Source: the human T2T-CHM13v2.0 reference genome, Homo sapiens
Assembly: GCF_009914755.1 (NCBI RefSeq)
Contig: NC_060929.1
Reading direction: 5' to 3' (one strand)
Length of the DNA: 64,000 nucleotides
The notes beneath the pieces were generated by a model. The model worked only from the letters and a program-made list of their open reading frames with translations, made no database searches and was not told the origin of the DNA. The translations under genes and the position numbers were made by a program. This document shows, piece after piece, positions 26,972-40,109 of this stretch (the stretch's first letter is position 1; the number at the start of each line of letters is the position of its first letter).

Positions 26972-29099
26972 GAAGTCTCTGTTTTGAATTCTAACTTAGG
27001 TCAAGAAGGCAATTCAACTTCTGAACTGGGTCCATATTTTTGGAACAAGGTGCACTGATTTGACCTATTTGGGTCAACTTCTACGGAAACATCCGTAGAG
27101 GCTCAAGTAGAGACAATTCTGTTAGAATCTCTTTCTGCTTCTGACTCAGGCTGGAGTAATTATTTCCATACTTGGGAAGCAGTTGCCAGACCATTTTGCC
27201 CATAGTAATTTGTGAAAATTAAAATTAACTGATGACTAGTTCCAGTGAAATGCTAGTGCACCTACTCCCCATTCATTGCCACAGGCAGTGTAAATGGGTT
27301 AGGTCTTATGGAAGGAAACTGGGTGGTGTAACCAAAATCTGCCTGCAGATCCTCAGGGATTAATTAAAAAAATAGAGAAAAATAATTGTAAAAAGTGATA
27401 TTTGAAATGCTGTTAAAATTGTGAAGGCAAAAATGTGGGAGTAGAAAATAAAATATAATAAATACATTTGGTAAGATATTAAACAATATGGAAAAGATAA
27501 TTATGAAGTCTAAATAGTAGCATGTGGGAATACGTTTGATGATACAAGAGTAAATTATAAAAGGATACACAACTTTACTTCTGCTCTATTCATAGCTATA
27601 GGAAATTGAAAAGCAATTGATTGCAATTGCAGAATTACTCCATTAATGTCGTTACAATGATGTTTATGCCAATGACAACAGCAGTAGAGTAGGAAGTGAT
27701 TCACACGCACCTGAGATTAAGCCAAGGAAAGCCCAAAAGCCCACCCAGGAATCAGGCATAATCCCTAGAGAGCACACAGGGAAGGAAACCTCCAGGCATG
27801 GCCCTTTGCAAGGTTTTGATTTTTCAGTGCTTTGGTCTCTTGTAAATTTTTTCCTCTCATTTTAAAAGAAGAGTTGAAGAGAGAAATAAAGCTGTTGTTG
27901 ATAGGAATATGCCAATTAGATATTCAGAAACTTGATAGAATGAAGCACACTTTTTATGTTCTCACTCTTTGGGTGACAAAACCTGGTCTATACAGACGCC
28001 CTGATGCAAACGCAGAGGCAGTCATCCACAGAGATGCCATCATGAATGCCCACTGCACAAAGATTACTAGGTGGATGTGTTTATGCTTACACAAATCAAA
28101 TCAGTAGCCCTACATCTTAAATATATCGGTGTCACATCATCAACACTACTTTTATTTTTTGGCCATGAAAATCAATACTTACCTAATTTTCCAGGGGAGT
28201 TTTATTTATGTTAATTGTGGAAAAAGACTAGGTAATGATGCATGGGCATGGGCTTCTCAGATACCCATCTCAGGAGCCACAGCAAGAGAGAGGAAGAGAT
28301 TGACAGAAAAGAAAGCCCAGCTGAAAACATAAAACAAAATCTATGAGAAACCTGAGAAGGCTGGTATCTGTGCTCCTCTTTAAGGAAGAAATAATGGTGG
28401 GGAGCAGAAGATTGCCAGGGAACCCACACGTGGAGGATGATCCCTTTTTACTCTTTTCCACGTGACTCTGAGTGAGAGTGTGAGGTTGGAGTTGCAATCT
28501 AGGCAGGCCAATCTGGTCTGGCTGGTAGATGCCCCCACCTTCAACTTGCAAGTTTAGGAGATACCCATGGCTAGGTGGGCAAAGCCCTGCCAATGAGGCA
28601 ATCAGTCTGTTTTCCCAAGGAGCTGCGTGAGTTTCCATCTACTTCCAGGAAGGCAGATTTCCCACTATGATGGTGGGTTTGGGAAACAATCATGCCAGTT
28701 AAAGAGAAGGGTAATGTTCAAGGAATGATCTGGGAGGGGTAGGGAGAAAAATGCAATGAGAGGAAGTGGCAGGAGGGCTGCCCTTCTGTGTCTTGCATTC
28801 CAACTTTGCCTTGTGAAACATTGAGAAATGACAAGAGGGAATGGCTTGGACATGAATCCTGTCTGAGTGGAGGATGTTGGGACTGGAAGGTGCTTTGTGG
28901 GCTAGGTGCACCTTATACCTCAGTGGGGTCAGAAGTATGAGTGGTTCTCTGCCTTGAGAGCTGCTCCTGCTACCCTCAAGGTCTTGGTCCTTCTCCCGGT
29001 CAGTAGCTCTAGCTGAGACAGTGGACCATCCTGTGGCAGCAAAGAGGAGCTCACAGGGAAACATGATGAGCCACATGACAGGCAACCAATGAAGCAGCC

Positions 29100-30806
29100 T
29101 TTAGGAGGTCAGAAAAAACCATCCCAAACCTAAGAACATAAATTTAAAATAAATGTTATAATTATCTGCAAAAAGATAAGGGAGAATATTGGCAATACGA
29201 ATTATGAACAAGTGTTCATAAGGAAGAATCAAGTGGATACATTGAATAATCAAAGCATAAGCATTAAAATAATAAGAAAAACTTCAATGGACTGATTCAG
29301 TGATCAAAGGGAGTCACTGCAGAACCAATAATGAGCTGGATGACTGGGAAACTGGGAAGGAGCCTTCAAAGTGATGAGAGCAACAAAAACAGAAGAGTAC
29401 ATCTGTCTACTAGGTGTCTTGGAAGAAAATAAAACAAAACATGGATGGGAGATCATATTGGAAGCACTAATAACCCAGTATTCCCAGATGCAAAGAAAAA
29501 TACATCAGTATAGAACAGGGAAAAGTTGAAAGCATTCCACTTGAGAACTGGAAGAACACAAGGACACCCACTTTCACCACTTATATTCAACATAGTACTG
29601 GAAGTCCTAGCCAGAGCAATCAAGAAAGAGAAAGAAATAAAGGGCATCCAAATCTGTAAAGAGGAAGTCAAACTGTCACTGTGCACTGATGATATGATTG
29701 CATACCTAGAAAACCCTAGAGACTCATTCACAAAGCTCCTGGAATTAGCAAATGAATTCAGCAAAGTTTCAGAATACAAAGTTAATATACACAAATCAGT
29801 AGCTCTGCAATACACCAACAGCAACCAGGCAGAGAATCAAAATCAAGAACTTAACCCTTTTCACAATATCTGAAAAAACAAACAAACAAACAAAAAACCC
29901 CAAAAACACCTTAGGACTATACCTAACCAAGGACGTGAAAGACCTCTACAAGGAAAACCACAAAACAGTGCTGAAAGAAATCTCAAACAACACAAACAAA
30001 TGGAAACACATCCCATGCTCATGGATGGGTAGAATAAATATTGTGAAAATGACCATACTGCCAAAAGTAATCTATAAATTCAATGCAGTTTCCAGCAAAA
30101 TACCACCATTGTTCTTCACAGAATGATGTGATGTCTTTTTTAAGAAAAACAATCCTAAAATTCATATGGAACCAAAAAAGAGCCCACATAGGCAAAGCAA
30201 AAGTAAGCAAGAAGAACAAATCTAGAGGCATCACATTACCTGACTTTAAACTATATTATAAGGCCATAGTCACCAAAACAGCATGGTACTGGTGTAAACA
30301 TAGGCACATAGACCAATGAAACAGAACAGAGAACCCAGAAATAAAGTCAAATACTTACAGCCGACTTATCTTCGACAACACAAACAAAAACATAAAGTGG
30401 GGAAAGGATACTCTATTCAACAAATAAATGGTGCTGGGATAACTGGCAAGCCACATGTAGAAGAATGAAACTGGATCCTCATCTCTCACCTTATACAAAA
30501 ATCAACTCAAGATGGATCAAAGACTTAAATCTAAGACCTGAAACCATAAAGATTCTAGGAAATAACATCTGAAAAACCCTTCTAGACGTTGGCTTAGGCA
30601 AAGACTTTATGACCGAGAACCCCAAAGCAAATGCAACAAAAGGGAAAGATGAATCGATGGGACTTAATTAAACTAAAAATCTTCTGCACAGCAAAAGAAA
30701 TAATCAGCAGAGTTAACAGACAACCCACAGAGTGGGAGAAAATCTTCACAATCTATACATCTGAAAAAAGAATAATATTCAGAGTCTACAAAGAACTCAA
30801 ACAAAT

Positions 30807-30845
<39 letters not shown>

Positions 30846-33560
30846 TCAAAAAGTGGGCCAAGGACACAAATAGACAATTCTCAGAGATGACCAACAAGCA
30901 TATGGAAAAATTCTCAACATTACTAATTATCAGGGAAATGTAAATCAAAACCACAATGCGATACCACCTCACTCCTGCAAGAATGGCCATAACAAAAAAA
31001 AAAAAAAAAAAAAGATGTTGATGGGGATGGGGTGAAAAAGGAACACTTTTACTCTGCTGGTGGGAATGTAAACTCACATAACCACTATGCAAAACAGTGT
31101 GGAAATTCCTTAAAGAACTAAAAGTAGCTCTGTCATTTGATCCAGCAATCCCACTTCTAGGTACTTACCCGGAGGAAAAGAAGTCGTTATACGGAAAAGA
31201 TACTTGCAAAGGCATGTTTATGGCAACACAATTTGCAATTGAAAAAATATGAAACCACCCTAAATTTCCATCAATCAACGAGTGTGTAAAGAAAATGTGG
31301 TATATAAATACCATGGAATACCACTCAGCCATAAAAAGGAATGAAATAATGGCATTTGCAGCAACTTGGGTGGAATTGGAAACTATCATTCTAAGTGAAG
31401 TAACTCAGGAATGGAAAAACGAGTATATGTTCTCACTCATAGATGGGAGCTAAGCTGTGAGGACGCAAAGGCATAAGAGTGATACATTGAACTTTGGGGA
31501 CTTGGGGGAAAAAGTTGGGGGTGGGAAGGGATAAAAGACTACCCATTGGGTACAGTGTACACTGGGTGATGGGTGAACCGAAATCTCAGAAATCATCACT
31601 AAGTAACTTACTTATTCATGTAACCAAACACCACCTGTTTCCCCAAAACCTATTGAAGTAAAATATACAAAATTAAAAAAAGAAAAGTATATATCAGCAT
31701 AAAAACTCATAGAGTAGCCAGTGACAAAGATAAATTAAAAACTCCAAAATAAAGTAACTGCAACGAAATACAACTTGCGCACAACCTTAGGCATATTAAT
31801 GTAAAATTGTAATAAAAACAAAGGGATGATTATAAAATTTTTCAGAGAGAAAAAAATCAGATCATCTAGGAATAAATAAAAACCAGATCTAAAAATCTCA
31901 TTAGCATCACTGAACGCAAGAAGAAAATGAATAAAGATCTTCAAGTGTTAAAGAAAAAGCTGTCATTTAAATTAATGATAGTAATATAAAAATTTTGCTG
32001 GACATATGAAGACTCATGCATTTTATTCCGTATAGATCCTATCTGTAAAACTTTTTAGAAGATCTATTCTAGCAGAAGGATAAATCTAGAAGAAAACAAT
32101 GAAAAATAGAGGATACAGACAAGTAAAGTAACAGGTAAACGTTACTGTTGTGTAAATAAGCAATGGATGCAAGAATAAATAAATACCCTCTTGCCATTTG
32201 GAGCAAAATTCGAATAATACCAATATGTTAGTCGGGTAGGTGGGATGCGACATCTGGTGGGAGATGAGTGACTCTTTGGATCCATTTGTTTGTATAAGAA
32301 AAACCGTGGCTTTTGATGGGCTGCAGACATTTGTGTAGAGAAATAACGGAAAGTATGGCCTCAATTGTTTCACGATGAGCACCAGAAAAATAGAAAAGGG
32401 GTCTGTAACTTTCAAACCAGCAGAAGATAACTTTATTTAAAAAAAGCAAGGTTAGAAAGGAGAGGACAAGAAACAAAACAAGCATGGTAGGTGGAAAACA
32501 CAAAATAAGATGGCTAAAATATGTCCTGATATAACAATAAGAACAAGACATTTAAGTGGGTTAAATACTTACGGTATTTAAGGTGCGTAGATTGAATTTT
32601 GAAAAAAATTTCAGTTTGTATTATAAGAAATCACAGTTTATTTTCAGATAGAGACAGAAGAGAAGAGAACAACAACAAAAAATATAGAAAGATTCAGTAA
32701 AGGGATGCAAAGAATATACGTTAGAACTAAAAGCCAATGCAGCAACTTCAATATCAGACAGAGGCAAAATTTTAAGGTGAAACACCTTCGTGAAGAAAAG
32801 ATAGAGATTTTGCATCTAGAGCTAAGAAACTACTCAAAACTGGTATTTGTTTCTGCTTGATGTAAATAATGAAGACAAAAAAATCATGAAGCTATGAAAC
32901 CTCATAATGTGGTCTCAAAATATTTAAGAGCTGGCAGGGTTATATGGAGGAATAGAGAAATATACAATTGTCATTAGAACTAGCCCTTATTTTAACTTGG
33001 TAGATCAATATGATTTAGTAAGCTATACTAGAATCCCTCATCACCAAATTAAAAAAAAAAAGAAAACAGCACAAGAAAAAAAGATTGGACTAGTAAAATT
33101 AAAACCTGAAAAGATTTAACATAGACAAAGCTCTGGCAAAATGAGCTTATTACTTGATGAAGTGATAAGAAAATGTACAAATAAAAAATGTGCTGATTGA
33201 CTAAGGAGAAGTAATTTCCAATAATGCTGGTGGGCTATGGCAAAATTGGTAGTAAGGTTCTCCTGCACACCTGCTAGAAGTAAACACTGGCACAGCCACT
33301 TTGGAAAGCAATCTGGCAGTGCTTAGTGAAGCTGGGTATATAGATATACACAAAGTAACTCTTCTCCTTTTATAGTTACCAAGAAATCTGCTCAGACATC
33401 CAAGAAGACATGGACTCTGTAGCCAAGAATTGGAGGAGTCTTGGTGCTCAAAAGTAGGGGAATGGATAAACAGGGTGGAGTGTGTGTAGAGAATGTGATT
33501 ACATGCAGAGATGTATTGCATAATCACCATGTAAATAAGTTAAAACCCAACAACACTACT
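29100..33560 (+). mobile_element. Ancient L1M/HAL1-type element (ORF1-like, ORF2-start-like and 3' pieces), interrupted by L1PB
   Basis: A-rich decayed ORF1-like text (aggcatattaatgtaaaatt...ctcattagcatcactgaacgcaagaagaaaatgaa) and 3' piece cacagccactttggaaagcaatctggcagt; boundaries uncertain. Confidence 0.5.
29513..31685 (+). mobile_element. L1PB (L1PB1-like), 5'-truncated
   Basis: ORF2 RT/C-terminal peptides ([50 protein letters not shown]) broken by stops and frameshifts; L1PB-type 3'UTR; degenerate TSD aagaaaaatacatcagtat / aagaaaagtatatatcagcat. Confidence 0.93.
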
Positions 33561-33659
33561 ATATATATAAATGAACATATAAGGATACATCTGTGGGAGG
33601 TAGCTTGGGAAAATATTTAATAAACAGCTATTATGTGTAGTACTGCAATAAACACGGGC

Positions 33660-36175
33660 ATGTAAATACTATTTAGCCATACAAAAGAGTGAAGTTCTGT
33701 TATTTGCAGCGACATGGATGAGCTTGGAGGACGTTATGTTAAGTGAAATAAGCCAGGCACAGAAACGTAAACACTGCAGGTTCTCACTCATTTATGGAAA
33801 CTTAAAAAGTTTATCTCATAGAAATAAAAAGCAGGATAGTGGTTTCCAGAGGCGGGGCTGCATATTGGGGAGTGGGGAAAGACAAAGATTAATTAATGGG
33901 TACGAAAGTCCAGCTAGACAGGAGGCATAAGTTCTATGGCATTATAGGTTGACTACAATTAAAAACAATTTATTGTATATTTTCAAATAGCTAGAAGAGC
34001 ATATTTAATAAAATTTATTTATTTTACTTTTAAGTTCTGCGATACATGTGCAGAATGTGCAGGTTTGTTACATAGGTATACATGTGCCATGGTGGTTTGC
34101 TGCACTTATCAACCTGTCATCTAGAATTTAAGCCCCGCATGCATTAGGTATTTGTCCTAATACTCTCCCTTACTTGCCCCCGACCCCTGACAGGCCTCAG
34201 TATGTGATGTTCCCCTCTCTGTGTCCATGTGTTCTCATTGTTCAATTCCCACTTACGAGTGAGAAGATGAGGTGTTTGGGTTTCTGTTCCTGTGTTAGTT
34301 TGCTGAGAATGATGGCTGCCAGCTTCATCCATGTCCGTGTAAAGGACATGAACTCATTCTGTTTTATGGCTGTATAGTAGTCCATGGTGTATATGTGCCA
34401 CCGTTTTTTTAAATCCAGTCTATCATTGATGGGCATTTGGGTTGGTTCCAAGTCCTTGCTCTTGTAAATAGTGCTGCAATAAACATATGTGTGGGTGTGT
34501 CTTTATAGTAGAATGATTTATAATCCTTTGGGTATATACTTAGTAATGGGATTGCTGGGTCAAATGGTATTTCTGGTTCTAGATCCTTGAGGAATCACCA
34601 CACTGTCTTCCACAATGGTTGAACTAATTTACACTCCCACCAACAGTGTAAAAGAATTCCTATTTCCCCACAGCTTTGGCAGCATCTATTGTTTCCTCAC
34701 TTTTTTATAATCGCCATTCTGACTGGCGTGAGATGATATCTCATTGTGGTTTTGATGTGTATTTCTCTAATGATCAGTGATGATGAGCTTTTTTCATGTT
34801 TTTTTTTGCCACATAAATGTCTTCTTTTGAGAAGTGTCTGTTCATATCCTTTGCCCACTTTTTGATGGGTTTGTTTTTTTTTTTCTTGTAAACTTGTTTA
34901 AGTTCCTTTTAGATTCTGGATACAGACTTTTATCAGATGGGTAGCTTGCACAATTTTTCTCTGATTCTGTAGGTTGCTTGTTCATTCTGATGATAGTTTC
35001 TTTTTCTGTGCAGGAGCTCTTTAGTTTAATTGGATCCCATTTGAACTTTGGCTTTTGTTGCAATTGCTTTTGGTGTTTTAATCATGAAGTCTTTGCCCAT
35101 GCCTATGTCCTGATGGCATAGAATAGGTTTTCTTCTGAGGTTTTATGGTTTTGGGTTTTATGTTTAAGTCTTTAATCCATTTTGAGTTAATTTTTGTATA
35201 AGGTGTAAGGAAGGGGTCCAGTTTCTGTTTTCTGCATATGGCTAGCCAGTTTTTCCAGCACCATTTATTAAATACGGAATCCTTTCCCCACTGCTTGTTT
35301 TTGTGAGTTTTACCGAAGATCAGATGGTTGTAGATGTGTGGTATTTTTTTCTGAGGTCTCTGTTCTGTTCAATTGGTCTATGTATCTGTTTTGGTACCAG
35401 TACCATGCTGTTTTGATTACTATAGCCTTGTAGTATTGTTTGAAGTCAGGTAGTGTGATGCCTCCAGCTTTGTTCTTTTTGCTTAGGATTGTTTTGGCTA
35501 TATGGGCTCTTTTTTTGTTCCATATGAAATTTAAAGTAGTTTTTTTTCTAATGCTGTAAAGAAAGTCAAAGGTAGCTTGATGGGAATGGCATCAAATCTA
35601 TAAATTACTTTGAGCAGTATGGCCATTTTCACGATACTGATTCTTCCTATCCATGAGTATGGCATGTTTTCCCATTTGTTTGTGTCGTCTCTTATTTCCT
35701 TGAGCAGTGATTTGTAGTTCTCCTTGAAGAGGTCCTTCACATCCCTTGTTAGGTGTATTCCTAGGTTTCTTAATCTCTTTGTAGCAATTGTGAATGGGAG
35801 TTCATTCATGATTTGGCTCTCTGCTTGTCTATTGTTTGTGTATAGGAATGTTTGCGATTTTTGCACATTGATTTTGTACCCTGAGACTTTGCTGCAGTTG
35901 CTTATCAGCTTAAGGAGTTTTTGTGCTGAGACAATGGGGTTTTCCAAATATCATGTCATCTGCAACAGAGACAGTTTGACTTCCTCAAACAGCATATTTT
36001 GAATGTTCCCAACACAAAGAAATGATAAATACTTGAAGTGCTGGAAATACAAATTACCCTGATTTGATCACCCTATACATTGTAAACATGTATCAGAATA
36101 ATCACAATGTACTTATTACATGTGTGTAATTATCATGTGTCAATTAAAATAATAATAAAAGCAAAACAAAAAAAG
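33660..36175 (+). mobile_element. L1MA 3' end, split by an L1PA insertion (about 33660-34006 and 35991-36175)
   Basis: ttattgtatattttcaaatagctagaagagcatattt continues as agcatattttgaatgttcccaacacaaagaaatgataaat. Confidence 0.85.
34007..35990 (-). mobile_element. L1PA (about L1PA7/8), 5'-truncated
   Basis: Reverse 3'UTR (gatacatgtgcagaatgtgcagg...), ORF2 peptide [33 protein letters not shown] agcatattt. Confidence 0.95.
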
Positions 36176-37089
36176 ATAAGAGGTCGAGCTCAGTTTCATT
36201 CTATGAATCCATGAATGTAACCTTGGAGATACTAAAATCTGCCTATTTCTTTGTCTTCCAGCCTGCAAACTTTTTCAGAGCACTTCAGTCTTCTATTGCT
36301 TCTATATCATTATTAGTTAATGTAACAACAGTAAGAATGGAAGACCCAAACACCTAGAAAAGAATCTTCAAATGGGATTGCAATCTTCTCTTACTTGAAC
36401 AAGTTCTCTTCTCTTACTTTTAGCTCCTGGGGACTGATGCACACAGCTGTGGAAATGATAGTAAGGCTCTTTGTTAGAGCTCTTGTGGCTGCCTGGAGAT
36501 GATGCTGCCTTGGCCATGGCCTGCTGTTATCCTCGGGGAGCTGGGACGTGGGCACAGGGGCATGCATTTCCCCCTCAGCACTAGCTCCAAGGGACAATGT
36601 GCAGCACTTGCTGGTATGTGACATGCTCCATTTCTTTTTCCCAGTTCTACTGAAAATTCTGCTTGAAAATGAGAATGAAACAAGTTTAGATGCCACACCC
36701 CACTTCTGCCCCAACTAAGTTTTTACATTTTGGGTGATTTTTAGCACAATGGCATATTCGTATGAAAATATGTTACGGATGCTTTCATGGAAGGCTAGCA
36801 TTTCTGAAATAAATAGCTTTTCCTTTTTTTTAAAAAAACATAATGACAATATATAATCAGTAAACTTTAATTTATGCAAACCCAGAAGCAACTCATGTCA
36901 TGACAGCCTATATTTTCCTGTCCAACCTGGAGGATATTGAATCTGTCTGTTGAAGCATGATTTTGCATTTCAGAGGAGGGTTTAATCCCAAAGGAATTCT
37001 GGTGCAACAAGGAGAATTTCTCAGACTTAAGTGAAAAGCCAGGCTCCTGTAAATGGCACCTCCTTTCAGATGATGGGGAGATCAGATGA

Positions 37090-37315
37090 TGCTCACATTA
37101 ACTCTTGGGCTCGAATCCTGGCTGGGCCACTTGTTGGCTGTGTGACATCAAGCAAGTTAATCACTGTTCTGTACTTGGATTTTCACATCTATAAAATGGA
37201 GATAATCATGGGACCTACTTCGTAGAGGTGTCGTGAGGATTGAATGAGTAGAAGTAAAGCATTTAGAACAATGCTTGGCATACAGTAAGCACTTAATTAG
37301 TATGACCTATTCTTT
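37090..37315 (+). mobile_element. MIR SINE
   Basis: ctgtgtgacatcaagcaagttaatcac...cacatctataaaatggagataat...gtaaagcatttagaacaatgcttggcatacagtaagcact. Confidence 0.85.
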
Positions 37316-38356
37316 TTTAAAATTACTTTTATTATTATTTGCCAGGACATGTAGTCCATGTTTTGGTAGGCACAGGAGAACAGCACAATGATTTATGTGA
37401 AATGTGCTTTATTCCCATTTAGATGCGTTTATCAGGCGTTTGTTAATTTTGACTGCTTTCATTCTGAGTAGTTTTCCAATGTGTGAATGTTTATTATTCA
37501 TCAATTGAAGGATATTTGAGTTGCTTTCAGTTTTGTCAATTATAAGTCAAGCCACTTTTATCAGGGTTCATACAGTGACTAACAGTGACCAAGAATGTCA
37601 ATAAGTTTCTCTATGAAAAAAATCACCCCCAGGTGTTTGAATTTGGCCATGACATAAGCATTTCTTTGGTCGATTTTTCTGTGCTGATCACTGGCAGTAA
37701 AAACCCTCACCCACCCCCCAACCATGACCTTCAGCTCTGCCCTGACATCCATGCTGTATTCTCATCATCCAGTATTTTATGGGTCATTTAAGAAGTCATC
37801 CAGTTTGATGATCTTCTAGTTTATGTTAATCTAAATGTGAAATGAGGACAAAAAGGAAAGGAGTGAATTAAACTATATCATTACAATTCTGCAAGTTTCC
37901 AATTAATGGTGAATACTTTACTGTTATGATTTTTGTTCTCCTGCTTTACTTTCTGACCTTGCTAAAAATCAGTACCTGTGTGGGTTATAAAGTGACTTTC
38001 CCATTTTTATTTGTAATGGAGATTTTTAAAAATTCTTTAATATTCTTCACTTTTACAGAATACTGTTTTGTGAATATTTTAGTAAGAGGTTCCTTTTCAA
38101 ACTTATTTTACAAAGAAATGCTTTAACTTTTTCATTAACATGAACAGACTTTCAGTGGCAAAAGCCAGCTATTGTGTATTAGAATTGCCAGTTTCTGTGT
38201 GTAGACTTAGAGATGTGAGCCTTGTTAAAAAGTGCAGTATCCAATGTTTCGGGTTTTTTTCTTACTTTTCACTGATGATCATTTTACTATACCTTATACA
38301 TTGTTCTGTTTCTGTGGCCCAGTATTTGGGTCTTCTGTGCATTTGTGGTCTATATA

Positions 38357-39045
38357 TTTTTAAAGACTTCATTTTTTAGAAAAGTTTTAGGTTCACAGCA
38401 AAATTGAGTGAAAGGTTCAGAGATTTCTCCCTGCCTCACACAGGCACAGCCTCCTCTGCTGGGGTCAACCCAATCCAGAATGGTATGTTTGTTACAATCG
38501 ATCAACCTACACTGACCCAGTTATCTCAATTATCACCCTATACTAACTTAATTATCACCCAAAGTCCATAGTTTACATTAGGGTTTCCTTTCGTTTTTGC
38601 ACATTCTATGGATTTGAACAAATGTGTATGACATATATCCAGCATTATAATATCATACAGAATAGTTTCACTGCCATAAACATCCTCTGTGCTCTGCCTG
38701 TTTATCCCTCCCTCCCCTCAGCCACTGGCAAGCACTGGTCTTTTTACTCTCTCCACTGTTTTGCCTTTTTCAGAAGGTCGTGTACTTGGAATCATACATT
38801 ATGCCGCCTTTTTGGACTGGCTTCTTTTACTTAGCAGTATGCATTGAAGGCTCCTCCATATTCCTTCACGGCTTGATAGCTCATGCCTTTTTAGCCCTGA
38901 GTAACATTTTATTTTCTTGATGCACCACAGTTTACTTATCTACTCACCTACTGAAGGACAGCTTGGTGGCTTCTTCCAAGTTTTGTAAATTATGGATAAA
39001 GCTGCTATAAACATCTGTGTGCAGTTTTTGTGTGTGTGTGTGAAC
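38357..39045 (-). mobile_element. L1MC-type 3' end
   Basis: agttttaggttcacagcaaaattgag...acccaaagtccatagtttacattaggg...ataaagctgctataaacatctgtgtgcag. Confidence 0.85.
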
Positions 39046-39705
39046 ATAATGCCCTTGATATTTTTTAACATGTACTGAATGAACTTCTCAACTTATTCTA
39101 ATCAGCAAAGAGGATGGGCCTGATAGGGTAGGGGAGAGCTGATGAAAGGGGCCCTCTGCTTTTTTTAACTCTCATCTTTTCACATGGTACAAACAAGCTT
39201 TGCTGGGATTCCTTTCACATTTGCTGAGATTCTCAGAGCAACCTAACTTCATTTGGAGGCATCCTTATATTTTACCCCAGAGGAGATATTGACCATCTGT
39301 ACTCTTCCATTTTCTAAGAAATGTATGCAGTTCAAGCCAATTAAAAGGTTTATAGGAAGAATTTGGGCCACTGCCAGCATGCACAAGGCACATATATCCA
39401 AGGTGCACTGTGGATCTCAAGCTTATTTATCTTCTAAGAGGTGCAGTTTCTCCCTGGCATTGCTGGGAACAGAGAGACCGTGGGGCAGCCCTCCAAAAGA
39501 TGCTGGTCTGTTCAGTGCACTCACTGAACTGGGCAGCCAAGGGGAACTGTTCTCTAACAAGTGGTATTCTCAGAGCTGGCTTTCCAGGGCTAGCTCAGAC
39601 TCTGACAATATTTGTAGAATTTAATTTATTTAAGCTTGTTATTGAAAGAAACCAGCACAAATGCTTTGGAATCTCTTCTATTCACTGAGCAAACTTTATT
39701 TCTAT

Positions 39706-40064
39706 TGTATTAGTCTGTTCTCACACTTCTAATAAAAACAAACCCAATACTGAGTAATTTATAAAGAAAAAGAGGTTTAGTGGACTCAAAATTCCACATG
39801 GGTGGGGAAGCCTCACAATTGTGGCTGAAGGCGAAGGAGAAGCACAGACATGTCTTACATGGCAGCAGGCAAGAGCATGTGCAGGGGAACTCCCCTTTAT
39901 AAAGCCATCAGATCTTGTGAGACTTATTCACTAAGATGAGAACAGCAACAGGAAAACCCACTCCCATGATTCAATTACCTCTCACTGGGTCCCTCCCACA
40001 ACAGGTGGGGATTATTACAATTCAAGATGAGATTCAGGTGAGGACACAGAGCCAAACCATATCA
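39706..40064 (-). mobile_element. THE1 (C/D-like) MaLR solo LTR
   Basis: tgtattagtctgttctcac...gacacagagccaaaccatatca, full length. Confidence 0.93.
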
Positions 40065-40078
40065 CCTGTGTATCACTC

Positions 40079-40109
<31 letters not shown>

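Noticed and set aside
29526-30873. ORFs resembling reverse transcriptase / L1 ORF2p
   Set aside because: Frameshifted, stop-broken remnants of a 5'-truncated L1; same for the ORFs at 10-11 kb, 34-36 kb and 41-44 kb
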